Below, one piece after another: positions 43,668 to 52,346 of a stretch of DNA of 64,000 bases. A program made the translations under genes and the position numbers. The notes under the pieces are model-generated. The model ran no database searches and had not been told where the DNA came from. It saw only the letters and a program-made list of their open reading frames with translations. The DNA comes from Chthonomonadales bacterium (GTDB lineage Bacteria; Armatimonadota; Chthonomonadetes; Chthonomonadales; CAJBBX01): the NCBI GenBank assembly GCA_049967475.1, contig JBMFSQ010000010.1, positions 44,788-108,787 on the forward strand, written 5' to 3'. Positions within the stretch are counted from its first letter, which is position 1. Every line of letters begins with the position of its first letter.

Positions 43668-44765
43668 CTAGTCTTCAACTCGGCTGATGGTACCGCCGCC
43701 AAGTACGCGGTTGCCAAGATAGAATACTGCGGCCTGTCCCGGCGTAACGGCGCGCTGAGGTTCATCCAGCTCGCACTGAATGGAAGCATCCCGGTAAAAC
43801 AACCGGGCCGGAACCGCATCTGCATTATAGCGGATCTGGGCACAAACCGCAAGAGGAAAGTCCGGCTGCTCCCCTACCCAGCTTACGTCCTCAACTGTAA
43901 AGCGGCGCGAGTAAAGCTCCCGGTCTTCGCCTACCACCAGGGTATTCGTGCTCGCCTCCATTGCAACCACGTAGAGCGGACCCGAGTTGCTGGCAGGAAG
44001 CCTCCGGCGCTGGCCGATGGTGTAAAGAGCAAGGCCCTCGTGGTAACCCAGGACCCGGCCGGAAGTGTCTACAATCGGCCCAGAGCGCAGGGTGTGGGGA
44101 GCGCGCTCACGCAGAAATGCTGTGTAACCCTCCTGAGGCACAAAGCAGATTTCCTGGCTGTCGGCCTTGGCCGCCACGGGAAGGCCCAGTTCTGATGCGA
44201 TGCGCCGCGTAACCCATTTGCCCCCCAGTTCACCGATGGGGAACAGAACCTGGTCCAAGTCTGCTTCCGTCAGCATGTAGAGGGCATAGGACTGATCTTT
44301 GGCCCGGTCGCGCGCGCGATGCAGCTCCAGCCGTCCGGAAGCCTCATCCTTCACGATGCGCGCATAGTGCCCTGTGGCGAGGTACCGTGCGCCAAGCCGG
44401 CGCGCCTGGTGCAGCAGCTCCCGGAATTTGACGCGCCGATTGCACTCTACGCAAGGATTGGGGGTCCGGCCCCGTGAATACTCCAGCACAAAGTGTTGGA
44501 TGACCTCGTTCTGAAAATGCTCCCGGAAGTTGAACACGTAATGGGGGATGCCGATGCGCGCCGCAGCCCTGCGTGCATCCTCCACTGCTCCCAGCGAGCA
44601 ACAGCCCCCGCTGCGGCTTTGATCCGTGCGCTCCTGCCAAATCTGAAGCGTCACGCCGATCACATCGTACCCCTGCTGCTTCAGCAGGGCGGCCGCAACG
44701 GCGCTGTCTACCCCACCGCTCATGGCGGCCACGACTGTAGAATGGGTGAAAGAAGGGTTCATCAC
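43668..44765 (-). CDS. mnmA: tRNA 2-thiouridine(34) synthase
   Basis: 365-aa ORF with PP-loop VVAAMSGGVDSAVAA and catalytic Cys motifs (GCCS, NPCVECN). Confidence 0.95.
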   Translation of the reverse strand: MMNPSFTHSTVVAAMSGGVDSAVAAALLKQQGYDVIGVTLQIWQERTDQSRSGGCCSLGAVEDARRAAARIGIPHYVFNFREHFQNEVIQHFVLEYSRGRTPNPCVECNRRVKFRELLHQARRLGARYLATGHYARIVKDEASGRLELHRARDRAKDQSYALYMLTEADLDQVLFPIGELGGKWVTRRIASELGLPVAAKADSQEICFVPQEGYTAFLRERAPHTLRSGPIVDTSGRVLGYHEGLALYTIGQRRRLPASNSGPLYVVAMEASTNTLVVGEDRELYSRRFTVEDVSWVGEQPDFPLAVCAQIRYNADAVPARLFYRDASIQCELDEPQRAVTPGQAAVFYLGNRVLGGGTISRVED

Positions 44766-44843
44766 GCCTCTCTTAGGAACTTTCGACTATTCCAAGTTCC
44801 CGCACACGAGCCAAAGCCGCCCGCTCGCGCATCGCCGGGAAGC

Positions 44844-46316
44844 CTACAGATACCCCAGGTCCTCCAAACGCCGGGCGATCTCGGCCTCTTCCTCCGGAGT
44901 ATACGTCCATGGAGTATCCGGAAGATCCAGCACAGAGCGCCCCATCCCCGGAGGAGGCGTGATGCCGAAGGCATTCAAGATGGTCGGAGCGATATCGTAG
45001 ATGGACATCCCTTCGCGATAGATGCCCCCAGCTCTTCCGGACCGGACGGCATCCATACCCGCCATCAAACAGATACCGTACTGTCCGTGGTTTGCGTCAT
45101 CGGGGCCTGTGTCGTTCTCGTGCACCCAAATCGTTCCGCGCCCCACACTTCCCACCGACCGCCAGTTGAGGTCGCCAAAATAAACGATGAGATCCGGCGG
45201 CACGTTGTTGCAGGCGCCATAGATCTCCTGCGGGAGGAACACCCGAGTGCCGATAGGGTTGCCGTGTTCGTCGGGGAGAGCTTCCAGACGGGAGGCGAGT
45301 TCCTTGCGCAGGGGCTCGTAATCCTGAGGGCGAACCGTGCCGGCGGGCTCGCGACCTTCAACGTTGAGGAAGAGCCTGCCGTAGTACCCACCATCTCCCC
45401 ACGCCTTCGTGCGCTGCCAATCCACCATCTGGGGAGTAAGCTTCACAGGCTCCTTCGGTTGTTCGCGAAGAACAAGGTATCCCTCCTGCATGAGCCATTC
45501 GTTGATGCAGATGCCGCCGATCATCCTTTTGGCGCCATGGTCCGACACGACGAGCACCAGCGTGTCGTCCGGAAGGAGGTCCAGCACTTCCCCCACCATG
45601 CGATCGAGTTCCACATAATAATCGCGGATGGCGCTTTCGTATGGGTTCCCCGGTTCGTAGAGAGGATGATCGCGGTCAAAGTATCTCCAAAAGCCATGGT
45701 GGATGCGGTCCGGCCCCATCTCTACCATAACGAAGAGGTCCCATGGCTTGGTGGTGATCAGGTGCCGCGCCACCCGAAAGCGCTGTTCCGTCATCTGATA
45801 GATCTGGCCGAGAAGCCACTGCTTGTCTTCCGTGCGGAAATTGCGCACATCCAGCATGTAATTCGGGGCGACCTCCAAGATCTCCGTGCGGAGATCCGCC
45901 GGATAGGTGAAATTGCTCGCCGTGTCCGGAGCCAGGAAGCCGCTGACAAGAAGGCCGTTCACCGGCCGCGGCGGATAAGTAAGTGGGACACCCAGTAAAA
46001 TCGCTCTCTTCCCGGCCTGAGCCAAAAGGTCCCACACCGCAGGCTCGCGCACCATGGAACTGTTGGCGAATGTGAGCCCTTCGTAGGAGTGATCTTTTCG
46101 ATTGCGGAACCCGTAGATGCCCAGCGTGCCGGGATCCTTCCCCGTCATCATGCACATCCATGCAGGGACAGTGATGGGCGGGATCGTCGATTCCAGCGGT
46201 CCGTACCACCCTGCAGACATGATGCGGCCAAGGTTGGGCAGAGCCGGGCGGAACAAATCAAACACCAGGTGCGGGTCTGCGCAGTCGAGACCGATGACAC
46301 AAACGTTGCGTTTCAT
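44844..46316 (-). CDS. Alkaline phosphatase superfamily protein (type I phosphodiesterase / nucleotide pyrophosphatase family)
   Basis: 490-aa ORF. The N-terminus VCVIGLDCADP, the segment PPITVPAWMCMMTG and VVSDHGA are typical metal-ligand motifs of the family. Confidence 0.8.
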   Translation of the reverse strand: MKRNVCVIGLDCADPHLVFDLFRPALPNLGRIMSAGWYGPLESTIPPITVPAWMCMMTGKDPGTLGIYGFRNRKDHSYEGLTFANSSMVREPAVWDLLAQAGKRAILLGVPLTYPPRPVNGLLVSGFLAPDTASNFTYPADLRTEILEVAPNYMLDVRNFRTEDKQWLLGQIYQMTEQRFRVARHLITTKPWDLFVMVEMGPDRIHHGFWRYFDRDHPLYEPGNPYESAIRDYYVELDRMVGEVLDLLPDDTLVLVVSDHGAKRMIGGICINEWLMQEGYLVLREQPKEPVKLTPQMVDWQRTKAWGDGGYYGRLFLNVEGREPAGTVRPQDYEPLRKELASRLEALPDEHGNPIGTRVFLPQEIYGACNNVPPDLIVYFGDLNWRSVGSVGRGTIWVHENDTGPDDANHGQYGICLMAGMDAVRSGRAGGIYREGMSIYDIAPTILNAFGITPPPGMGRSVLDLPDTPWTYTPEEEAEIARRLEDLGYL

Positions 46317-46392
46317 AGATATTTGTCCTCATACATTAATTCTGGACGTAACTTCACTGCGATAGCTGCCTCAATGCAACCGGACGACGTCA

Positions 46393-47580
46393 TCAGATAA
46401 GCCCAAGATCCTTACCTACCCGCCGGAATGCCTCAAGAGCATCATCGAGGTCCTTACGGGTGTGCGACGCGTTGGGCATGGTGCGCACACGGGCCTTCCC
46501 GCGAGGAACGGTGGGGTAAACGACAGCCAAGGCGAGGACACCTTCTTCCATAAGGCGTTGCTGCAACAGAAGCGCCTTGCCTTCGTCGCCGGTCATTACC
46601 GGAGTGATGGGCGTTTCGGTAGCGCCGATGTCGAAGCCGATCTCTGTGAGGCCATGCTGCCAGTACCGGGCGTTCTCCCATAGACGCTGTGTAAGGGAAG
46701 GATCCTGTTCCATCAGGTCAATTGCCGCGATGCATGCCGCTGCGACTGCAGGGGGATGGGCAGTGCTGAACAGGAAGGGCCGGGCCCGCTGCGTGAGCCA
46801 ATCCCGAAGCCGGGCACTGCCGGCAATGTATCCCCCCATCACACCCACCGCCTTGGAGAGTGTGCCCAGTTGAATATCCAGGCGATCATGAACGCCGAAA
46901 TGATAGGCGGTGCCGCGTCCGCCGCCCAAGACGCCGGAACCATGGGCATCGTCCACCATCACTGCAGCGTCGTACTGTTCAGCAAGCTGCACAATGCCGG
47001 GGAGAGGCGCGATATCGCCGTCCATACTGAAAACGCCATCGGTGATGATGAGGCGCTTTCGATACTGCTGCGTCTTCTTGAGCACATCCTCCAGCGAGTT
47101 CAAATCCTTATGCTTGTAGATGGGGCGCTGCTCACTTGGCAGCCCCGTCAGGCGGCAGCCATCTATGATGGAGGCATGGTTGAGCTCATCCGAAATGATC
47201 ACGTCTTCCCGCGTGACGATGGCAGGGATCGTGCCGGCGTTTGCGGTGAAGCCGGATTGAAAAACGATGGCAGCCTCCACATGCTTGAAGCGCGCGATGC
47301 GCTCTTCGAGCTGCTGGTGCAGCGCCATTGTGCCGATGATGGTGCGGACCGCTCCGGCGCCGGCCCCCCATTGCTCTACGGCCAGAATGGCGGCCTCCTT
47401 GAGGCGCGGATGGTTCGCCAACCCAAGGTAGTTGTTGGACGACAGGTTCACCACCTGGCGGCCGTTCACCGTGATGCGGCCTCCCTGCGGTGACTGCAGC
47501 TCTACCAAGGGTTTGTAGAGGTTCTGCGCCTTGAGCGCTCCGAGCTGATCGTCCAGCCAGTTCTGCAGTGTGGTGTTCAT
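46393..47580 (-). CDS. kbl: Glycine C-acetyltransferase (2-amino-3-ketobutyrate CoA ligase)
   Basis: 395-aa ORF. The PLP-lysine motif is GTLSKAVG, with an alpha-oxoamine synthase pattern (SNNYLGL, DDAHGSG). It lies downstream of tdh. Confidence 0.9.
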   Translation of the reverse strand: MNTTLQNWLDDQLGALKAQNLYKPLVELQSPQGGRITVNGRQVVNLSSNNYLGLANHPRLKEAAILAVEQWGAGAGAVRTIIGTMALHQQLEERIARFKHVEAAIVFQSGFTANAGTIPAIVTREDVIISDELNHASIIDGCRLTGLPSEQRPIYKHKDLNSLEDVLKKTQQYRKRLIITDGVFSMDGDIAPLPGIVQLAEQYDAAVMVDDAHGSGVLGGGRGTAYHFGVHDRLDIQLGTLSKAVGVMGGYIAGSARLRDWLTQRARPFLFSTAHPPAVAAACIAAIDLMEQDPSLTQRLWENARYWQHGLTEIGFDIGATETPITPVMTGDEGKALLLQQRLMEEGVLALAVVYPTVPRGKARVRTMPNASHTRKDLDDALEAFRRVGKDLGLI

Positions 47581-47705
47581 GCCGTTTCACCTCTGAAATC
47601 TCAAGCTCCGGCGTCTTTTACACCGAGCGAATATCGCCCTTATTTCAGCACACCTAGCGCATCGGTCAAAGCCGGGAGCCCCTTCTGCGGCGCCGGAGCC
47701 GTCGT

Positions 47706-48737
47706 TCAAAGCTCGAATACCACTTTGCCGCACGATCCGTCCCGCATGAGAGCCATGGCACGGTCATACTCATCGAAGCAGAGCTTGTGGGTAATCGCCG
47801 GTGCGATCACCAGCTTACCGGAAGCCAGCATATGCTTCATAACGGTCCACGTTTCATAGAGCCTGCGCCCTACGATGCATCGCACTTCCAACCCCTTGAA
47901 GATCATATCTTCTGCCACATCCAGTTCCACATGGCGTGAGGGGATACCCATGAGCGACACGCGCCCTCCCCTGCGCGTAATCCGCATGGCCTGTGCGATG
48001 GCTACGGGCGCTCCGGACATTTCGAGGGCTACGTCTACCCCCAAACCATCGGTCTTCCTGTTGATGAACTCCTCGCAGTTCTCTTTGGACGCGTCGCACA
48101 CGTCTGTAGCTCCCAATCGCCGGGCGAGGTCGAGGCGATATGGCCGCACGTCCACTGCATAGACGCAAGCGGCCCCGGCTGCCTGAGCCACCGCCACAGC
48201 AAAGATACCTATGGGGCCGCAGCCCAACACCGCCACCGTTCGGCCTACGATCTCGCCGGCGAGGGTTGCATGCACAGCATTGCCCAGAGGATCCTGGATG
48301 CACGCAATCTCCAGAGGCAACCCAGGATCGTTTACCCAAACGCTGGCCGAAGGCACCACCACGTATTCGGCGAAGCACCCGTCAATGTCCACGCCGAGGA
48401 TGCGCGTATTGGAGCACACGTGCTTCTGGCCGTTCCTGCACTGGTAGCAAATGCCGCAGACCAGATGCGATTCCCCCGACACCAGATCCCCGGGCCGCAC
48501 CCCTTGTACCTCGGGCCCCACTTCCTCTACCCGCCCAACGAACTCGTGGCCCATGACGCGCGGAGGCTTTACGCGCTGAGCGGCCCAGGCGTCCCATTCG
48601 TAGATGTGGGCATCGGTCCCGCAGATGGAAGTCATCAAGACACGAACAAGCACATCGTCAGGTCGGCGCACCCTGGGTTCGGGGATCTGTACGAGGGCGG
48701 CACCCGGCGTCGCATCCTTCTTGACGATGGCTTTCAT
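47706..48737 (-). CDS. tdh: L-threonine 3-dehydrogenase
   Basis: 343-aa zinc-ADH-type ORF with GHEFVGRV, the structural zinc cluster CGICYQCRNGQKHVC and GCGPIG. SD AAGGAG is upstream. Confidence 0.9.
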   Translation of the reverse strand: MKAIVKKDATPGAALVQIPEPRVRRPDDVLVRVLMTSICGTDAHIYEWDAWAAQRVKPPRVMGHEFVGRVEEVGPEVQGVRPGDLVSGESHLVCGICYQCRNGQKHVCSNTRILGVDIDGCFAEYVVVPSASVWVNDPGLPLEIACIQDPLGNAVHATLAGEIVGRTVAVLGCGPIGIFAVAVAQAAGAACVYAVDVRPYRLDLARRLGATDVCDASKENCEEFINRKTDGLGVDVALEMSGAPVAIAQAMRITRRGGRVSLMGIPSRHVELDVAEDMIFKGLEVRCIVGRRLYETWTVMKHMLASGKLVIAPAITHKLCFDEYDRAMALMRDGSCGKVVFEL

Positions 48738-48914
48738 TCATTCTGCTCCTTTGCAGTAGAGGCTTTACCCGTGTAGCGGAGGCGTCTCAGCGAAGCCGGT
48801 GAACGGAGCGGCGCGTAAGGGCCTGGGTAACCCTGCCCGGCCGCTCGTCCGTCATCCTCGAAGCACGCGCAAACTCCGCGTACAGTGTACCCTCGCCTGC
48901 AATCAACGGGCGGC

Positions 48915-50855
48915 TTATCTTCGTCCGGCCTCCAGCGTGGCCTGGAGGGTCAATATCCGGCCACCCCGACGCACCGCAACTTCAACGGTGTCGCCTGGTT
49001 TGTTTTCGCCCAGGGCCATGGCGAAGTCTTGAATGCTGTGGATCGTTCTCCCGCCGATCCGCACCAGAATGTCGCCAGCCCGAATGCCCGCCCGCTCCGC
49101 AGCACTGCCCGGACGAATTCCGGAAATCATTACCCCATCCACATCGGCGGAATAGTCGGGGATCGTTCCTAACGACGCGCGCAGCCGAGCCGGTCCCCCT
49201 TCCTGAACCGGAGCCGCTATGCGCCGATATTCCGGTCGTGCAGGCAGATCTGCGATCCTCCAGGCGACTTCGGCTACGTAATCCAGCACAGCCGCTTCTC
49301 CAGCATAATTGATCTTGTCCGCCGTGTCCCCAGGGCGATGGTAATCCGAATGCAGGCCAGTAAAGAAGAAGAGGACGGGAATGCCTGCCCCGTAGAACGA
49401 TTGCTGATCGCTTCCTCCGAAGCCGCTCTCGCTGCGGACAATGGTCAGGCCTCGCGCATCCACGCCGGAAAGAAGGCCGTCCCACTGCGGAGAGGTACCC
49501 GAGCCGAGAACAATGAGGCGCTTCTCGCGAAGCCGGCCGATCATATCCATGTTGATCATGGCGATGGTATGGTCGAGGGGGATCAGCGGATGGCGCACAT
49601 AGTAGGAAGACCCGAGCAGTCCCAGTTCTTCCCCGGAGAAGCAAACGAACAGGATCGAGCGTTTCGGCCTAACCTGGGCCTTCGCAAAGCGATCCGCCAA
49701 AGCAAGCACTCCTGCGGTCCCCGAAGCATTGTCATCGGCACCAGGGTGCACAGCAGGCTTGCGGCTCTCTGCGAGGGAGTATGGCCCGCCCATTCCGAGG
49801 TGATCCATATGCGCTCCGATTACGACCACCTCGGCGCTGAGGACCGGATCTCTCCCCGGGAGGAGCCCGGCGATATTCGCCGTAACACGCCTAACCTTGC
49901 GCACATCGGTCCTCAGCCGCACGTGGACCGGCAACGGAATGGAATGGGGCTTTGATCGCGCCTGATCTTCCTCTCGATCCAAATCCAGCCCTCCAGCCTT
50001 CATCCATCTCCGCGCTGCAGTGCGGCGAAGCAATAGGACGGGGATCCCCTCGTCCGATGGAACGGCATCGTTCTGGAAGTGAGGAACGTCGCTGTCGGAC
50101 GAGGACACCACCAAAACTGCGGCTGCCCCCAAATCCCTGGCAACGGCGGCCTTCCGCTGTACGGACCCGTAGCCGTAAAGCGGATCATGCGGATCGCGGG
50201 CGGGGCTGCCTGCAAGCAGAAGCACCACCTTGCCCTGAACCTGGGCGTCGCGATAATCGTCCCATTGAGGGTCGGCGGACCGGATGCCGTATCCGGCGAA
50301 GAGCACGTCGCCCTCGGCTGCGCGCGAAGCGGAGATAGAAGCAGGCTCGAAATCCACCCCAGCCCGCAGCCGCTCCGCAACTCCTCCGATCTTCGCCTCA
50401 AGAGAATTCCGGCGCCCCGGGGCGCTTCCGGCAACAAAGGTGAACGGCTGAAAGTAGCCGGTTCCATCCATGGAAGCCGTGGCATCGTGCTGATGGTCGG
50501 TTCCTAGAGCCTTGAGCCCCGCACGCCGAAAGCACTGCGCGATGAATGCCGCCGCCCGGTCATTCCCTGCCGTTCCGGAGGCCCGCCCGGCCAACCGCTG
50601 CGAGGCGAGAAACTCGATGCGGTGTTGCAAAACCGCCAGTTCATGCGTACCCTGCCCGATTGCCGGGGATGCGCCGATTAAGACGGCGAGCATTCCTGCG
50701 GATAACGCCCTTTGCAACGACACGGGTGCCCATTCCTTCCTTAAGGAGGCGCTGCAATCACGAAACACTCCGGAGCGAGGGCCGCAGACACGGCAGAATC
50801 CTTCCTGCGATCCACGAAGCACAAGAGAACCTCTGCGCGAGTGCGCCACACGCAT
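48915..50855 (-). CDS. M28 family metallopeptidase with PA domain and C-terminal PDZ domain
   Basis: Motifs seen: VVIGAHMDHLG and DDNASGTAGVLALA, and the PDZ segment GVMISGIRPGSAAERAGIRAGDILVRIGG. The start is provisional: the ATG at 50855 forms a TGATG overlap with the upstream stop, and a later GTG giving VSLQRALSAGMLAVLIGASPAIG is also possible. Confidence 0.8.
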   Translation of the reverse strand: MRVAHSRRGSLVLRGSQEGFCRVCGPRSGVFRDCSASLRKEWAPVSLQRALSAGMLAVLIGASPAIGQGTHELAVLQHRIEFLASQRLAGRASGTAGNDRAAAFIAQCFRRAGLKALGTDHQHDATASMDGTGYFQPFTFVAGSAPGRRNSLEAKIGGVAERLRAGVDFEPASISASRAAEGDVLFAGYGIRSADPQWDDYRDAQVQGKVVLLLAGSPARDPHDPLYGYGSVQRKAAVARDLGAAAVLVVSSSDSDVPHFQNDAVPSDEGIPVLLLRRTAARRWMKAGGLDLDREEDQARSKPHSIPLPVHVRLRTDVRKVRRVTANIAGLLPGRDPVLSAEVVVIGAHMDHLGMGGPYSLAESRKPAVHPGADDNASGTAGVLALADRFAKAQVRPKRSILFVCFSGEELGLLGSSYYVRHPLIPLDHTIAMINMDMIGRLREKRLIVLGSGTSPQWDGLLSGVDARGLTIVRSESGFGGSDQQSFYGAGIPVLFFFTGLHSDYHRPGDTADKINYAGEAAVLDYVAEVAWRIADLPARPEYRRIAAPVQEGGPARLRASLGTIPDYSADVDGVMISGIRPGSAAERAGIRAGDILVRIGGRTIHSIQDFAMALGENKPGDTVEVAVRRGGRILTLQATLEAGRR

Positions 50856-52162
50856 CAAGGTGTAACACGCATCCCGCCTGTGTAGATCCAGGCCCGGTCC
50901 TCGCCTCCAACAGAAAGCCATGCTTCTACGCGGTAGAGGCCCGCTTCACGAAGAGGCACGGACAAGTGCCTTCCTTTCTGCTCCGTCACGACCTGACCGT
51001 TTCGGATCAGCCGCAATGTACATGAAACCGGAACCTCCACCTCCAAGAGCGGGCGCTCTTTGGCAGACACTGTGTCGCCCACGGTGCCCGTACGCCCGCC
51101 GGATCGCAACAGAAAGGCGGATCCGCTGGGATCGGCGATCCAATCGAATGCCACATACGTCCGCCCGTGGCGCAGCGCTTCCTGCAGCGAGGCTTGCGTG
51201 CATTCCTGAGCCAAAACATGGGTGCTCACGTAATGGAAGCTCACTTCGTAGGGATCCAAGATGCGCTCCAAGAGTATTTTGCCCGGTTCGGGCTCGCCGA
51301 TTACCGGGGCGAGCTTGGCCGCCTGCTCCGCAGAAAGCCGGCCCAGCAGTTCGCCGAGGGGGTTTCGAACCTCGATGCCGCCGTCGTCTGCGCCCTTCAA
51401 GATGAAGCCGACGTTTTGGTGTGCATCGTTGGCCGCGATGGCTGCGAAGGGGCCCTTCGACACCATCGCGTCGTAGCGCGCCAGGTTCTCAGACGGCGGG
51501 TCAAAAATCGCACCAAAGGCTTCCTGAGGATACCGGTAGAAGGCATCCAATAGTAGGAAGAGGCGCATCATGGCTGCCGCATCCGCCGGATTTAGAGACG
51601 CGATGAGGCCGGCTTCGTCCAGGAAATCGGCATGGGTATTGTAGATCTCCATCCCGGTAAGGCGAGAAAGTGTCCAATCCGTATGTTCCTCCGGATGGGC
51701 TACAAAAACCATGCCCCCAGTTTTTTGGACCGCGTCTACCAGAGCCTGGTCGCTTGTATCCAGGGGAGGAAGCTTACCATCCCCGGGGAAGAGGAGAAAC
51801 CCATTCGCCTCTGCGCCGGCCACGAAAAGCACCCCATCCACAACCCCCCGCTGCCCCGCCGCCACCACATCGAGATCCTTGCGCGGATGGTTTGTGAGGA
51901 AAACGGCCGCTACGCCTGCCTGTTTAGCCGCTGCAGCAATCTCGGCAATGCTGCCCCTGCTGTCATGAGATAGGTACGAATGGGCGTGGAGGACGCATCG
52001 AAAATCCCGGTAGCCGGCCTTAAGGGACACGCCCGCACGTTCCTGCGCGTACCGCGCCACGTCGTCGCGAACGCGCTGCAACCGTTCCGGCTCTAGGCGC
52101 ACAAGAGTGGGGACGCGTTCAATTGGGTTCCCCGCAACCCAGGATGGGGCCAAAAATGCCAT
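50855..52162 (-). CDS. PHP-like (polymerase/histidinol phosphatase superfamily) metallohydrolase-related protein
   Basis: Start re-set to the ATG at 52162 (GGAGG 8 nt upstream). Motifs CVLHAHSYLSHDS and VFVAHPEEH are present. The function is unknown. Confidence 0.7.
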   Translation of the reverse strand: MAFLAPSWVAGNPIERVPTLVRLEPERLQRVRDDVARYAQERAGVSLKAGYRDFRCVLHAHSYLSHDSRGSIAEIAAAAKQAGVAAVFLTNHPRKDLDVVAAGQRGVVDGVLFVAGAEANGFLLFPGDGKLPPLDTSDQALVDAVQKTGGMVFVAHPEEHTDWTLSRLTGMEIYNTHADFLDEAGLIASLNPADAAAMMRLFLLLDAFYRYPQEAFGAIFDPPSENLARYDAMVSKGPFAAIAANDAHQNVGFILKGADDGGIEVRNPLGELLGRLSAEQAAKLAPVIGEPEPGKILLERILDPYEVSFHYVSTHVLAQECTQASLQEALRHGRTYVAFDWIADPSGSAFLLRSGGRTGTVGDTVSAKERPLLEVEVPVSCTLRLIRNGQVVTEQKGRHLSVPLREAGLYRVEAWLSVGGEDRAWIYTGGMRVTP

Positions 52163-52346
52163 AATATAAACCTCCGCTAGATACAACAATCGAGCCGCCC
52201 TGCCGCCCGCTACCATCCGATCTTAAATCCCCGTGGCGTCCAGGCATATCCTCCGCGGAAGCCGGAGTGAACATGCTGTGCGAAGCGGCCTCCCCAATTA
52301 CGGCGTGTCCTTCCCAAGGCACCCCTCCTATCTTTGTGGAGGTCCG

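Noticed and set aside
44493-45998. A 501-aa plus-strand ORF, and many other long ORFs antisense to or frame-shifted within annotated genes. Examples: 506..1612, 1778..2761, 17440..18570, 41626..42753, 52233..53363, 30275..31258, 33252..34163.
   Set aside because: They are Arg/Pro/Gly/Ala/His-rich with no recognisable motifs. The overlapping frame in each case carries clear family signatures and GC3-rich codon usage. Long spurious ORFs of this kind are expected in GC-rich DNA.
48738-48914. A possible glycine riboswitch or other leader element upstream of the tdh-kbl operon.
   Set aside because: The minus-strand leader contains CACCGG and CTGAGACG fragments. It lacks the conserved glycine-aptamer cores as I remember them (GGAGAG...CACCGAAGGGGCAA...CTCAGGCAAAAGGAC) and has no tandem aptamer architecture. 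It would need cmscan to exclude formally.
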